Assembly: GCA_051313645.2 (NCBI GenBank)
Contig: JBNRSN020000010.1
Location: 2,294,001-2,358,000, forward strand
Length of the DNA: 64,000 bases
Direction of reading: 5' to 3'
From: Centroscyllium fabricii
Taxonomy: Eukaryota
Shown: piece by piece, positions 1 to 12,900 of the stretch
How positions within the stretch are numbered: the first letter of the stretch is position 1
How the letters are laid out: every line of letters starts with the position of its first letter
Translations under genes and position numbers: made by a program
The notes under the pieces: generated by a model
Databases searched by the model: none
What the model was told of the DNA's origin: nothing
The model's input: the letters and a program-made list of their open reading frames with translations, nothing else

Positions 1-3000
1 CAAAAAACCATCACACTTCATTATTTCATCCCTACATCCATTAAACTACATGCACATCTCACATCCCTCTAATCAATAGTTCATCCACATCAACACTTCT
101 TTATATAAAACGTCTATATTCATTCTACTCTAAATCCAATGATCATCCACCCAGCACACACACTATCCATTCAAATCTACCTCCATTTATTCATCATGTT
201 ATTACTCAAACCACTCATCCAACGAAAGTCCCCTTTACACATTCATCCCTTTATCAATTCAACTACCTTTCCATCCCAAAGTTCTTACCAATAATCTGTC
301 CAATGATATAACCATCCACCCAAATTTTCCAACATGCATTTATCATTCACCCATTCAACCACTCTCTCCTTCAACTTCTATACCATTCATTCATCTGTTT
401 ATCAATTAACCTGCCTTTCTATCCAGCAATTTCTCTGCCCAACCACCGAAAATCCATACGACCATTATTCATACATCCCTACATTCATTCAACTAAATCT
501 CCCTCTCACAATCCCTCCCATCAACACAAACACCTCTCTATCAAAATCACTATGCATTCTACTCTCAATCTACATCTCATCCATCCATCCAGCAGGTATT
601 TATTTAACCCTCCATGAATTCGAATGACTTTCCTCCCAACATTGCCTCCAATAATCATTCAAACCATCCAAAACTCCAACCAAACATCAATCGATGCAAT
701 CATTAAATCTTTCATTCATCCAACAGTGCCTTCAGTCATCAATAAATCCATCCATTGAAACTTCCATTTATTCAACATTGCCTCCATTCATCATTAAGTC
801 CACCACTGGTTATCAATAATCCAATACTCGCGACAATTATTCATTCTTTCATCGATGTATGTGTTCATTCAAATTCTCATCCATTCAAAACCTATTCTAT
901 TCAACAATCCACCATGCATCGATCCAGCACCTTCACCAGTCATCGATCCATTCAACACCACACCATCAAGCACTCTTTCCAAACATCCATCTAGCCACTC
1001 AAACACCTGGCCCTCCAATGCACCCTTCAATCATTCCGGCATCCATTGGAAAACACATTTATCCATCGCTCCCGCCAATATCCCACAATCCATCCATAGA
1101 ACCAATTATCCATTTAACTCTACCTCCATTCATTCACATCACCATTCTTTCAACCACCCATCCAATGTCCCCTCCATTCATTCCTGTCCATTCAACTACT
1201 TGTCCCTCCAGTTATTCGGACCAATAATCCAACCATTATGCATACAAATAAATTTAACTCTCCCTCCATTCTTTGACATTGCCACACTTTGAAGCTCCTA
1301 AACTAAATTCCCCATCATTCATTAATCCCTATATTAATTCAACTTCCTTTCATTGCAAAAAAGTTGATCTATCTTCCATCCATTCAACATCCCGTTCTGC
1401 CATTTCTTCCTCCATTTAATCATCTCGACTCATTAAAGCACCAACTCATCTCCCACTCCGTTAATCCATCCCTTTATCATTTCAACTATCGTTCCATCCA
1501 ATAATCCACGTGATCACCAATCCTATCAAAATTCTCTCCCTTCCTTCATGCATCCCTACATCCATTTAACTGCATATCCCTCCCACATTCCCTCTTCAAT
1601 CTCCCATCCACACAAACACCTCTCTATCCAAACCTCTCTATGCATTCAACTCTCAATCGACAACCCGTAGATCCAGGACGCCATTTATTATTTCATCCTT
1701 CAATTATGAATTCCCGAATCCACAGACCTAGCTAGTCATTCAGCATTGGCTCAACGATCAGCCGAGCCATTGAGTTATTTCATTCAAACTCCCGCCAATT
1801 CAAAACCTCTTATTGAATAATCCATCATTCATCTATCTATCACCTCCACCAGTCATCTATCAATTCAACAATGATCTATCCAGCACTCCTTCCAAATAGC
1901 CATCAATCAGACAGCCACCCCTTCAATCATTCATCCATCCATTGAACCACCCATCTATCTGTCCGTCAATCCCGCAAACATTCATTCAACCAGTCTAAGG
2001 AAACCTCCATTCTAATATTCCACAATCCATCCATGCAAACAATTATACATTCAACTCTCCCTCCATTCATTGACATCGCCACACTTTGAACCAACCAGTA
2101 ATCGAAATACACCTTCATTCCTTAATCCATTTATTAATTCAACTACCTGTCCATCCCAAACATGTGATCAAGCGTCCACCCAATCAACTTCCCATCCATC
2201 AAACTCTCCCTCCATTCATTAATCACTCCGCTCATTCAACATCCTGTTATTCACCCATTCCGTTATTTCGCCCCTTTATCAGTTCAGTAAACTTTCCATG
2301 CAACAATCCCTATGATAAACGAGCCAGCTATTCAGCACACCCGTCATTCATTACTATATCCGTTCAACTGCTCATCCATTTCACAATTCCTCTAATCAAA
2401 CTCCCATCCACACAAATACCTCTCCATTCCAAATCTCTATATTCATTATGCTCTCAAATCGACAACTAATCCGTTCAGCATGCCCTTGATTCTTTCATCA
2501 CTCCATAAAATCAACCAACTCACCATCCAGCACTCCTTGCAAACATCCATCCAGCCACTCGAACATCTGGCACTCCAGCGCTCCCTTCCATCATTCATCC
2601 ATCCATTGGAAAATGCCGCTATTCACCCCTCTATCCAAACATCCGACAATCCATCAATAAAACCAATTGTTCGTTCAGCTCTGCCTCCATTCATTCACAT
2701 CGCCAATCTTTATAACACCCCACCAATGGCCTCTCCATTCATTCACCACTTTATCAATTCAACTACATTCCCATACTAAAATTCTACCCAATAATCAATC
2801 AATCAAATTACCACCCACCCAACTCTCCCTACATGCATTTATCTCCAATTAAATAAAGCACCCTCTGATCCATCTTCCACACCATTTATTCATCCGTTTA
2901 TCAATTAACCTGCCTTTCTACCCAACAATCTCTCCGATCAACCAGCCAAACAACCATCACTCACTTCATTAATTCATCCCTATGTCCATTAAACTACATG

Positions 3001-6000
3001 CCCATCTCACCCGTCTAATCAATAATCCATCCACATAAACACTTCTCTATTTAAAACGTCTATATTAATTCTGCTCTAAATCCAATGATCATCCGCCCAG
3101 CACACACACTATTGTTTCAGCCCTCCACAAAATCAACCACTTCTCAAACCAACAACCCTTCCAATCATCAATCAATCCATACACTGAACCATTCACTCAA
3201 GATTCACACCAAACATACACTAATTTAAAATAATACAACACGCTCTGCAATCTTTCCTGTACCCATCTATCTATTCAGTCACACATTCAAACAGTCATCA
3301 ATTTACCATAGATTCCATTATACATTATCTTTTTTTCCCTCACCATTATTCATCAAATCTACTAATCATCCATTCAACAACGCCCCAACCAGCATTCCTT
3401 CCAAACATCTGTCCATCCAGGCACGCACTTGCCATCCAACGCTCCCTTCAATCATTCATATATCGATTGAACCGCCATCCATTCATCACTCTCTGCAACC
3501 ATCCAAGCATCCATCCATTCACTCAACTACGGTATCTATTAATTAATCCTTCCAAAATTGAACCACCTACACATCTAAAATTGCCTCCAATCATCAATCA
3601 CTCAATACACGGATTGCCTGTCATCCAATACACACTGCAACAATTCATTTTGTCTTCCATTTATGCATTCTTTCCAAACCCATCCATTCAATACCTCATT
3701 GAATAATCCATCTATCCATCACCTCCACCAGTAATCCACCCAACAGCACCCATTGCAACATTGCTTCCAAATCTTTATCAACCAACTGACCGTATCTTCA
3801 GTCATTCATCCATCCATTCAAACACCCATCCATCACTCCTTCCAACCATTCAACTATCCATCAATCCAAACAGCCATCTATGCAAACCTCCGATCAAATA
3901 TAACAATCTATCCAATCAACCATTTATCCATTCCACCCTCGCTCTATTCATTGACATTGTCATACTTTGAACCACACATTAATCTAAATTCCCCTTTATT
4001 CATTAATCTCTTCATTATTTCAAACGTATTTCTATCCCAAAAATCTGATCTATCGGCCATTCTTTCTAATTCCATCTATCCAACTCTCCCTCCATACATT
4101 CAACTCTCCACTCATTCAACCACCCATCCATATACCATTCCATTATTTCTTCCCTTTATCAGTTCAGCTACCTTTCCATCCAACAAGCCCTGTGATAACC
4201 ACCCCTACAATCTACCACTCGCTTCATTCATTCATTCATCTCTGAATCATTTCAGCTGAATATCCTCTCAATTCCTCCAATTAAACTGCAAGCCACACAA
4301 ATACTTCTATATTCAAAATATCTGTATTCATTCTACTCCGAATAGATAACTCATCCATCCAGCAAGTCCTTGATGCTCTCCTGCCTCCATATGTTCACTC
4401 ACCTCTCCATGCAGCATTCTATCCAATCATGAATTTACCCACAGATAGAACCATCCGTTCATCCAGCATTGCCTCCAAAGATCAGCCAATCCATCCAGTA
4501 ATTTCCAACCATTCAACAGTCCCGACAATCATTCATCGATCCATCCTCCATTCTGTTCAATCATTCATTCAATCACTCATCTATCCCACCCCCCTGCTGT
4601 CCAATACTTATTCCATTATTCTTCTGTTCATCACAGCAACCTATCATCCAACCCACACATTCAATATCAGCCCGCTCAGCATCCTTCCAAAAATCGATCC
4701 ATTTACTCCACCACCTGGGAGTACAGCACTGCATTCAATCATTCATCCATCTATTGAACCATCGATCCATCCATCACTCCACCTAACCAACCATCCATTC
4801 ACTCAATTAAGCTTATATCCAATAATCTCGCCGAACACCCGACAATCCATCAATTCAACAAATTCTCCATCAATGTCTCCCTCCATCGTTTCAAATCAGC
4901 ATTGATTTAACCACCAGTCCATTCAACGTCCCATCGATTCATTCCTTCCTTTATCAGTTAAACAGCCTGCCCATCCCACAATCTATCTGATCAACCACCC
5001 ATCCATCCAACACTCTCTTGGTTCATTTAACCTTTCATCCATTTAACCAAAGTTCCACACATCCCTTCCTGACTTCATTCATCCTTTTCTCCGTCAAACA
5101 TTCTCTCTAACCAATCAGTATACCACACAAACTCCTCTTTTCCTTACAAACTCATTAATGATTATTCCCTTACAACACAGCTCATAAATCCAGTGCACCC
5201 TCTATTTTTTCATCTCCATAGATTCTACAATATCTGCTTCCAACAGTTTATCCAATCTTTATGCAATCCATCCACTGATATGCAATCGTCGAATACTGCC
5301 TACTGTAATTCATTTTGCTTTCCATTTATTCATTCACTCAATCTTTGATCCTTTCAACACCACTTTTCAATATCCATCATGCATCACCTCAACCAATCAG
5401 TCATCCGTATATATCTTCACCGTCCAACCATCCAAACATTATTCTATCCAACCCAACACCCAAACATACCACAGTTCTTTCATTCAAGCAAATATCCATT
5501 CAAATCTAACTCCATTTATTCATCATTGTTATTTTCAAACCACTCATCCAACGAAAGTCCCCTTTACACATTCATCCCTTTATCAATTTAACTACCTTTC
5601 CATCCCAAAGTTCTTGCCAATAATTTGGCCAATGAAGTAAACATCTACCCAAATTTGCAAAAGCATGCATTTATCATCCACCCATTCAACCACTCTCTCT
5701 TTCAATTTCCACACCATTCATTCATCTGTTTATCAATTAACATGCCTTTCTATCCAGCAATATCTCTGCCCAACCACCCAAAATCCATACTCCCATCATT
5801 CATACATTCCTACAGCTACATATCCCTCTCACAATCCCTCTAATCATTCTCCCATCCACACAAACAGCACTCTATCCAAATAACTATTCATTCTACTCTC
5901 AATTGACATCTCGTGCATCCATCCAGCAGGTCATTTCTTTATTTATTTAACCCTCCATAAATTATAACGCCTTTCCTTCCAACGTTTCCTCCAATAATGA

Positions 6001-6291
6001 TTCAAACCATTCAAAACTCCATCCAAACATCAATCAATGCAATCAATAAATCTTTCATTCATCCAACAGCGCCTTCAGTCATAAATAAATCCTTCCATTG
6101 AAAGTTCCATTTATTCAACATTGCCTCCATTCATCATTAAGTCCACCATTGGTTATCAATAATCCAATATTCGCTACAATTATTCATTCTTTCATCGATT
6201 TATGCATTCATTCAAACGCCCATCCATTCAAAACCTATTCAATTCAATAATCCATCAAGCATCAATCCATCACCTCCAGCAGTCATGCTAC

Positions 6292-6696
6292 GGGCGGCAC
6301 GGTGGCATAGTGGTTAGCACTGTTGCCTCAGAGCACTAGAGACCCGGGTTCAAATCCAGCCTCGGGTACTATCTGTGTGGAGTTTATACATTCTGCCCGT
6401 GTCTGCGTGGGTTTCCTCTGGGTGGTCCGGTTTCCTCCCACAGTCCAAAGATGTGCGGGTTAGGTTGCTAGGCCATGATAAATTGACCCTTATTTTTAGT
6501 GGGATTGAATGTGTAGGGTTATAGGGATAGGCTGTGGTGTGTGCCGGTGCAGGCTCGATAGGGATCGAGGGATATGGGGACAAGGCAGGGACAGGGTACT
6601 GGGTTGGATGATCAGCCATGATCTCATTGAATGACGGAGCATGCTCGAAGGGCCGAATGGCCTACTCCTGCTCCTATCTTCTATGTCTATGTCTAT
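6292..6696 (+). mobile_element. Full-length HE1/V-type tRNA-derived SINE with CR1-derived tail
   Basis: gggcggcacggtggcatagtggttagcactg head with pol III A box (tggcatagtgg) and B box (ggttcaaatcc). V-domain-like core tgtgtggagttt...gtgtctgcgtgggtttcctc. CR1 tail gggccgaatggcctactcctgctcc followed by (ctatgt)n. Empty paralogous site near 945. Confidence 0.9.
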
Positions 6697-9416
6697 CCAT
6701 TCAACACCACACCATTCAGCACACCTTCCAAATATCCATCTAGCCACTCAAATACCTGGCCCTCCAACACTCCCTTCAATCATTCCTGCTTCCATTGGAA
6801 AACACATTTATCCATCCCTCCCTCCAAAATCCCACAATCCATCCATAGAACCAATTATCCATTTAACTCTACCTCCATTCATTCACATCACCATTCTTTC
6901 AACCAGCCATCCAATGTCCCCTCCATTCATTCCTGTCCATTCAACTACTTGTCCCTTCCATTATTCAGACCAATAATCCACCCATTACGCATAGAAATCC
7001 ATTTAACTATCCCTCCATTCTTTTACATTGGCACACTTTGAAGCACCTAATCTAATTTCCCTTCCTTCATGAATCCCTATATTAACTTAAGTACCTTTCA
7101 TTGCCAAAATTTTGATCTATCTTCCATCCATTCAACTTCCCGTTCTGTCATCTCTCCCTTCATTCAATCATCTCTAGACTCATTAAAGCACCCACTCATC
7201 ACCCACTTCATTAATTCATCCCTTTCTCAGTTCAACTATCGTTCCATCAAATAATCCCTGTGATAACCAATCGAATCAACAATCTCTCCCTTCATTCATT
7301 CAACCCAACATCCATTCAACCTCATATCCCTCCCACATTCCCTCCCACATTCCGCCATCCACACAAACACCTCTCTATCCAAATCTCTCTATTCATTCAT
7401 CTCTCAATCGACCACTCATAGATCCAGGACTCCATTTATTATTTCATCCCTTCAATTATGCATTATCCCATCCACTGTACTAGCTGGTCACTCAGCATGG
7501 CCTCAACGATCAGCCTATCCATTGAGTTATTTCCAATCGTTCAACATTGCCTACAATCATTCTTCCATCTGTTCACTCATTCATTGAAGCCCTCACCCAG
7601 CCAACAACCCTGCTATCCATTAAGCATTCCATCTTTTCATCTATTCATCACAGCAAAATATCATCCACTCACTGAAGAACTCCCCGCCCAGCAAACCTTC
7701 CAAACATCCATCCATCCAGTCCACCGCCTGGAAATCCAGCGCTGCATTCAGTAAATCATTCATCTATTGATCTTTCATCTATCCATCACTCCCACTAATT
7801 ATTGAAACACCCATCCATCCACTCAATCCAGCTTCTATCCAACACTCACGCAAAACATCCCACAATCCAACAATCAACACATTCTCTATTATATCCCCCT
7901 TCATTGCTTCACAACTGCATTGAATAAACAACCAATCAGTTCACTTTTCCCTTTGAGTCATTCATCTCCAGCAATAAAATTGCCTGCCTATTGCAGTCCC
8001 TCGGATCAACCATCCACCCGTCCAACACTATTTATACATTCATGCCACAATCCCTTAAACCAAATCTCCAAACCTCACTTCCCGGAATCACTCACCCATT
8101 ATACATTCAATTGCCGACCCATCTCTCAATCGCTCTAATCGATCAAATATCTACTGAACCTCCTCTCTACCCAACACACTCGCTATTCATTACATTCTCA
8201 AACCACAGCTCATCAAACTAGTGTGCCCACTTCTATTCCTATGTCTCTATATATTCTACCGACTTTCCATCCAATATTAACACCAATAATCATTCAGTCA
8301 ATCCAAAATTTATTCCAAACATCAATCAATCAATCCAATCAACAAACCTTTCATTCAGTAAACAGCGCCTCGAGTCATAAATAAATCCATCCATTGAAAA
8401 GTCCATTGCCTCCAATCATCACTCAGTCCATCCACTGCTAATCAATAATCCAGTACAGCCTTCTATTATTCATTCTTCAATCGATATATCGATTCATTCA
8501 AACTGTCATCCATTCAAAACCTATTCTATTCAATAATCCATCATTCATCTATCCAGCACCTACACCACTCATCCATCCATTTAGCACTGTGCCATCCAGC
8601 ACACCTTCTAGACACCCATCCAGCCACTCAAAAACCTGGCCATCCAGCGCTCCCTTCAATCATTCATCGATCCATTGGATAACACTTCTATCCCACTCTC
8701 CCTGCAAACATCCCACAATCCATTCATCCAACTAATTATCCATTCAGCTCTCCCTCCATTCATTCACATCGCCACACTTTAAACCACCCATCCAAAGACA
8801 CCTCCGCTCATACATCCCTTTATCAATTCAACTTAATTTCCATCCCGAAATTCGGCCCAATAATCCATGTAACGAAATAAATAGCCATGTAACTCTCCAA
8901 CATGCATTTATATACCATTCAAATAACCACACTCTCATTCAACTTAAATGCCATCCATTCATCCGCCTTTCATTAAACTGCCTTTCGAACCAACAATCTC
9001 TGGTCAATGAATCAACGATCCACCACTCCCCTTTTCATTCATCACTACATCCGTTAAATTATATGTCCATCTCTCAATCCCTCGAATCAATAACCCATCC
9101 ATTCAAAATCCCTATCCAGAACCTATCTAATCATTCTACTCTCAATCCAATGATCATCCAACCTGCACTCTCTCTATTGTTTCAGCCTTCCATAAATTCA
9201 CCCACTTCTCAATTCAACAATCCTTCCAATTATCTATCAAACCAAACACAGAACTAGTCGCTCAATATTCCCTCAAATCTTCAACTGACATACAATTATT
9301 TCAACATTCCCTGCAATATTTAATCTACAGTTATTCACTAATTCATTTAAATACTCCCCGCTATTCAATAATCATTACACTATTCATCGTGTGTTTATTG
9401 CCATTATTCATCGATT

Positions 9417-9694
9417 TGTTGAGGCCTGCAAGGCTGAAGGACCACGCTGGACACAGAGAGGTTAAAAGCAGAGTTTTTATTAACTACTTGTTACAGCTAG
9501 GGCCAGGTAGGGAGAAAGAGACTGAGCCACCTGGTGCTCAGGTATTTAAAGGTCCCGCCGCTGGGGACGTCACTGCCGGCTGGCCACCTGGTGACGTCAT
9601 CACGTCGGGGAAGTCCGTGCGTCCTCCGACGGGCGGGGCCGCTTTGCAGCCTTCCCAGCGCGGGTTCGTGGCTGCCGGTGGGCGTGTCACCACA
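9417..9694 (-). repeat. 3' LTR (278 bp)
   Basis: tgttgaggcc...gtcaccaca, a direct repeat of 13951-14228 with about 5 substitutions counted by eye. Confidence 0.96.
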
Positions 9695-9709
9695 CAGCTC
9701 CCCCCCAGA
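9695..9709 (-). other. Polypurine tract of the Gypsy element
   Basis: Minus strand reads TCTGGGGGGGAGCTG immediately before the TG of the 3' LTR. Confidence 0.85.
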
Positions 9710-9906
9710 ATCCGCGAGGGGAAGTGTAGTTTCCTAGAGGAGAGGGAGACAAAAAAAAAAGAGAGCAGACACACATTTCGATTACACACAGAATGTCCGA
9801 CAGTTTGCCGCAATGGCCTGGTGTTGTGGCCGGCAGGTGTTGTGTGCTGTTCCGTGGTTCGAAAGATGGTGTTGTGGCGGGCCGTCAATGCTCTGCCCGT
9901 GTCGCC

Positions 9907-12900
9907 TCAGGCGAGGCGCTTAGGTGGCCTGATGGTACGGCCGGCACGTGTGATGTGTTGCTTGTTGGTCTGTGTGGGAGTGTGGGCGGGTTTTGGTGCG
10001 GTAGGGCGGCCGCGTTTAGGTGGTTGTGTGGGGACTGTTGTCTCGCCCGCCATTACGTGTGCTGGTTTGAGCCGGTCAATGGATACGGTCTCAGTTCGGT
10101 TGCCCATTTGAATGTCAAAAGTCTTGGGTCCCGCCCGAAGCACTCTGAATGGCCCGTCGTACGGTGCCTGCAGCGGTGCTTTGTGAGAGTCATGGCGGAC
10201 AAACACGTACTTGGCGTCCTGAATGTTGTTGGGGACTCGTGTCGCCGGTTGACCGTGGCGGGCCACCGGAAGTGGTTTGAATTCTGCTGCCTGGTTGTTG
10301 AATTCCCTGAGGCAGCGCTCGGCCGACCAGGGTTCGGTTGTTTCTGCGACGAACTCGCCTGGTACGGTTAGTGGTTGGCCGTAAACGAGTTCGGCTGCCG
10401 AGGCGTGTAGATCTTCTTTGGCCGCTGAGCGGAGGCCGAGCATTACCCAGGGCAGGCGGTCCGTCCAGGTTGCGTCCTGGAGGCTGGCCCGCAGGGATGT
10501 TTTAAAAGTTCGGTGGAACCGTTCGCAGAGGCCGTTGGCTTGCGGGTGGTAGGCAGTGGTTCGGTGCAGGGTTACCCCAAGGTCGTGAGCGATGGTTGAC
10601 CATAGGGTTGAAGTGAATTGGGGGCCCCTGTCTGAAGTAATGTCGTTGGGGACGCCGAAGCGGGCGACCCAGGTGGCGATGAAGGCCCTGGCCAGTTCGG
10701 CGGTGGTGGTCGTGTTGAGGGGGACCGCTTCAGGCCAGCGGGTGGTGCGGTCGACCATTGTGAGGAGGTACGAGTGTCCACGTGATGGGGGTAGTGGTCC
10801 GACCAGGTCGATGTGCACGTGGCTGAAGCGTCTGGCTGGGATGGCGATTGGTTGGAGCGGTGCTTTGATGTGTTTGTGCACCTTGGCTCGCTGGCAGGCA
10901 TTGCACGAGGTGGTCCAGGCGCGGACATCTTGTTTTAGGCCGCGCCAAACGAATCGCGCAGAGATGAGCTTGGTGGATGCGCGGACGCCGGGGTGGGAGA
11001 GGCCGTGGAGGGCCTGGAAGATGTGCTGCCTCCACGCGGGTGGCACCACGGGCCTGGGTTGGGGCAGGGTGACGTCGCAGCGGACCGCCGTGGCTGTGGG
11101 TCCGTGTGCTACGGTGGCTAAGAGTAGGCCGGGAAGTTTGTTGGTGGGGTCGAGGAGGTCGGGATCGCTGAGTTGGTCGGCCGCCATTTTGACGTAGTCG
11201 ACCGCGGTCTGGACGGTGTTGGTGGTTGGGAATGCGCAGCAGTGTGCGCAGGCGCGGTTGGTGGCTGGGGTTGGGGGGTGGTCGGCGGTTTGGGTGCTGG
11301 TGGTGCCTGCGCTGCTGATGGCGGGGCCCGCGGGGTGGTCGGGGTTGGGCTTGTGAATGGCGGGTCGTGAGAGGCAGTCGGCGACCACGTTGTCGCGGCC
11401 GGCAATGTGCTGGATGTCGGTCGTGAACTCGGACACGGCCGCGAGCTGGCGCTGCTGCCTGGCCGACCAGGGTTCGGAGAGCTTAGCCATTGCAGAGACT
11501 AATGGTTTGTGGTCCACAAATGCTGTAAAGTGGCGGCCCTCTAAAAGGAAGCGGAAGTGGCGCACTGCGAGGTAGAGAGCGAGTAGCTCCCTATCGAAGG
11601 CGCTGTACTTGACCTCTGGGGGCCGGAGGCGGCGGCTGAAAAAGGCCAGTGGTTGCCATGAGTCGCCCGACCACTGCTCGAAGACTGCTCCGACAGCGTG
11701 GTCGGAGGCGTCGGTGGTGAGGGCTACTCTGGCATTGGGCCTGGGGTGGCTGAGGAGGGTGGCTTTGGCAAGGGCCGTTTTGGTTGCGGTGAAAGCGGTG
11801 GCAGCTTCGGCCGTCCACTCGACCGCGGTCTTGTTGGATTGCCCGTGGGTGGCCTGGTAGAGGGGGGCCATGAGGGCGGCTGCGCCGGGGATGAAACGGT
11901 TGTAAAAATTAACCATTCCAAGGAATTCCTGCAGCCCCTTGATGGAGTGCGGGCGGGGGAATTCCTGGACCGCCTGCACCTTGGAGGGCAGGGGTATGGC
12001 CCCGGTGTGGGAGATGTGGTGGCCGAGGGAGTCAATAGCCTCGAGGCCGAATCGGCACTTGGAGGGGCTTAATATGAGGCCGTGGTCGGCCAGGCGTTTA
12101 AAAAGGGTTCTGAGGTGGATGAGGTGTTCCCGGGGGGAGGCGCTGGCCACCAGGATGTCGTCGAGATAGACGAATGTGAACTGGAGGTCCCGGAGGACTG
12201 AGTCCATGAGGCGCTGGAAAGCCTGGGCCGCGTTTTTGAGTCCGAAGGGCATCCGGAGAAATTCGAATAGGCCGAATGGGATGATGACGGCTGTCTTAGG
12301 GACATCCGCCGGGTGCACTGGAACTTGGTGGTAGCCCCGTACCAGGTCGATCTTTGAAAAGACCGTGCAGCCGGCTAGCCTCACGGAAAAATCCTGGATG
12401 TGGGGGACTGGGTACCTATCCGGGGTGGTGGCGTTGTTGAGGCGGCGGTAGTCTCCGCAGGGGCGCCAGCCGCCATCGGGTTTGGGGGCAATGTGGAGGG
12501 GGGAGGCCCAGGGTCTGCTGGAGCGGCGGATGATGCCGAGCTGTTCCATGATGTGGAACTCGGCTCGCGCGATCTCTAGCTTGGCCGGGTCCAGCCTGCG
12601 TGAGTGGGCGTGGACCGGGGGGCCTGTGGTGGTGATGTGGTGCTCTACGCCGTGCTTGGCGGAGCGGGCTGTGAAGGTGGGGTTGGTTAGGGTGGGGAAC
12701 TCGGCGAGCAGCGTGGCGTACGTGTCGGAGTTGCGGGCCCGGCAGTGAGCTGCCGTGTGGGTCTGGTGTGCTGGGGCTGTGGAGCACGGGATGGTCGACA
12801 TGATTTGGATGTCGACCAGGCGGCGCCGGGTAACATCGACAAGGAGCCCGTGGGCGCACAGAAAGTCGGCTCCGAGTAGGGGCGTGTTAACCTGTGCGGT

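Noticed and set aside
6292-6365. tRNA-like sequence with A and B boxes
   Set aside because: It is the SINE head. It continues into the SINE core and LINE tail, with no proper acceptor stem or terminator.
6457-6466. gggttaggtt telomere-like motif
   Set aside because: It is a fixed part of the SINE core, not a (TTAGGG)n array.
6350-6747. Recurrent ORFs such as MADHP...RTSLDCGRKPEHPEETHADTGR and MISHDLIEWRSRLEGPNGLLLL
   Set aside because: These are translations of SINE sequence, repeated wherever the SINE occurs.
9389-10371. 240-aa and 192-aa + strand ORFs as a possible env or accessory gene
   Set aside because: They are antisense to the element. One starts in flanking satellite and crosses the LTR. 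Only ~200 nt separate the pol stop from the PPT, leaving no room for env.
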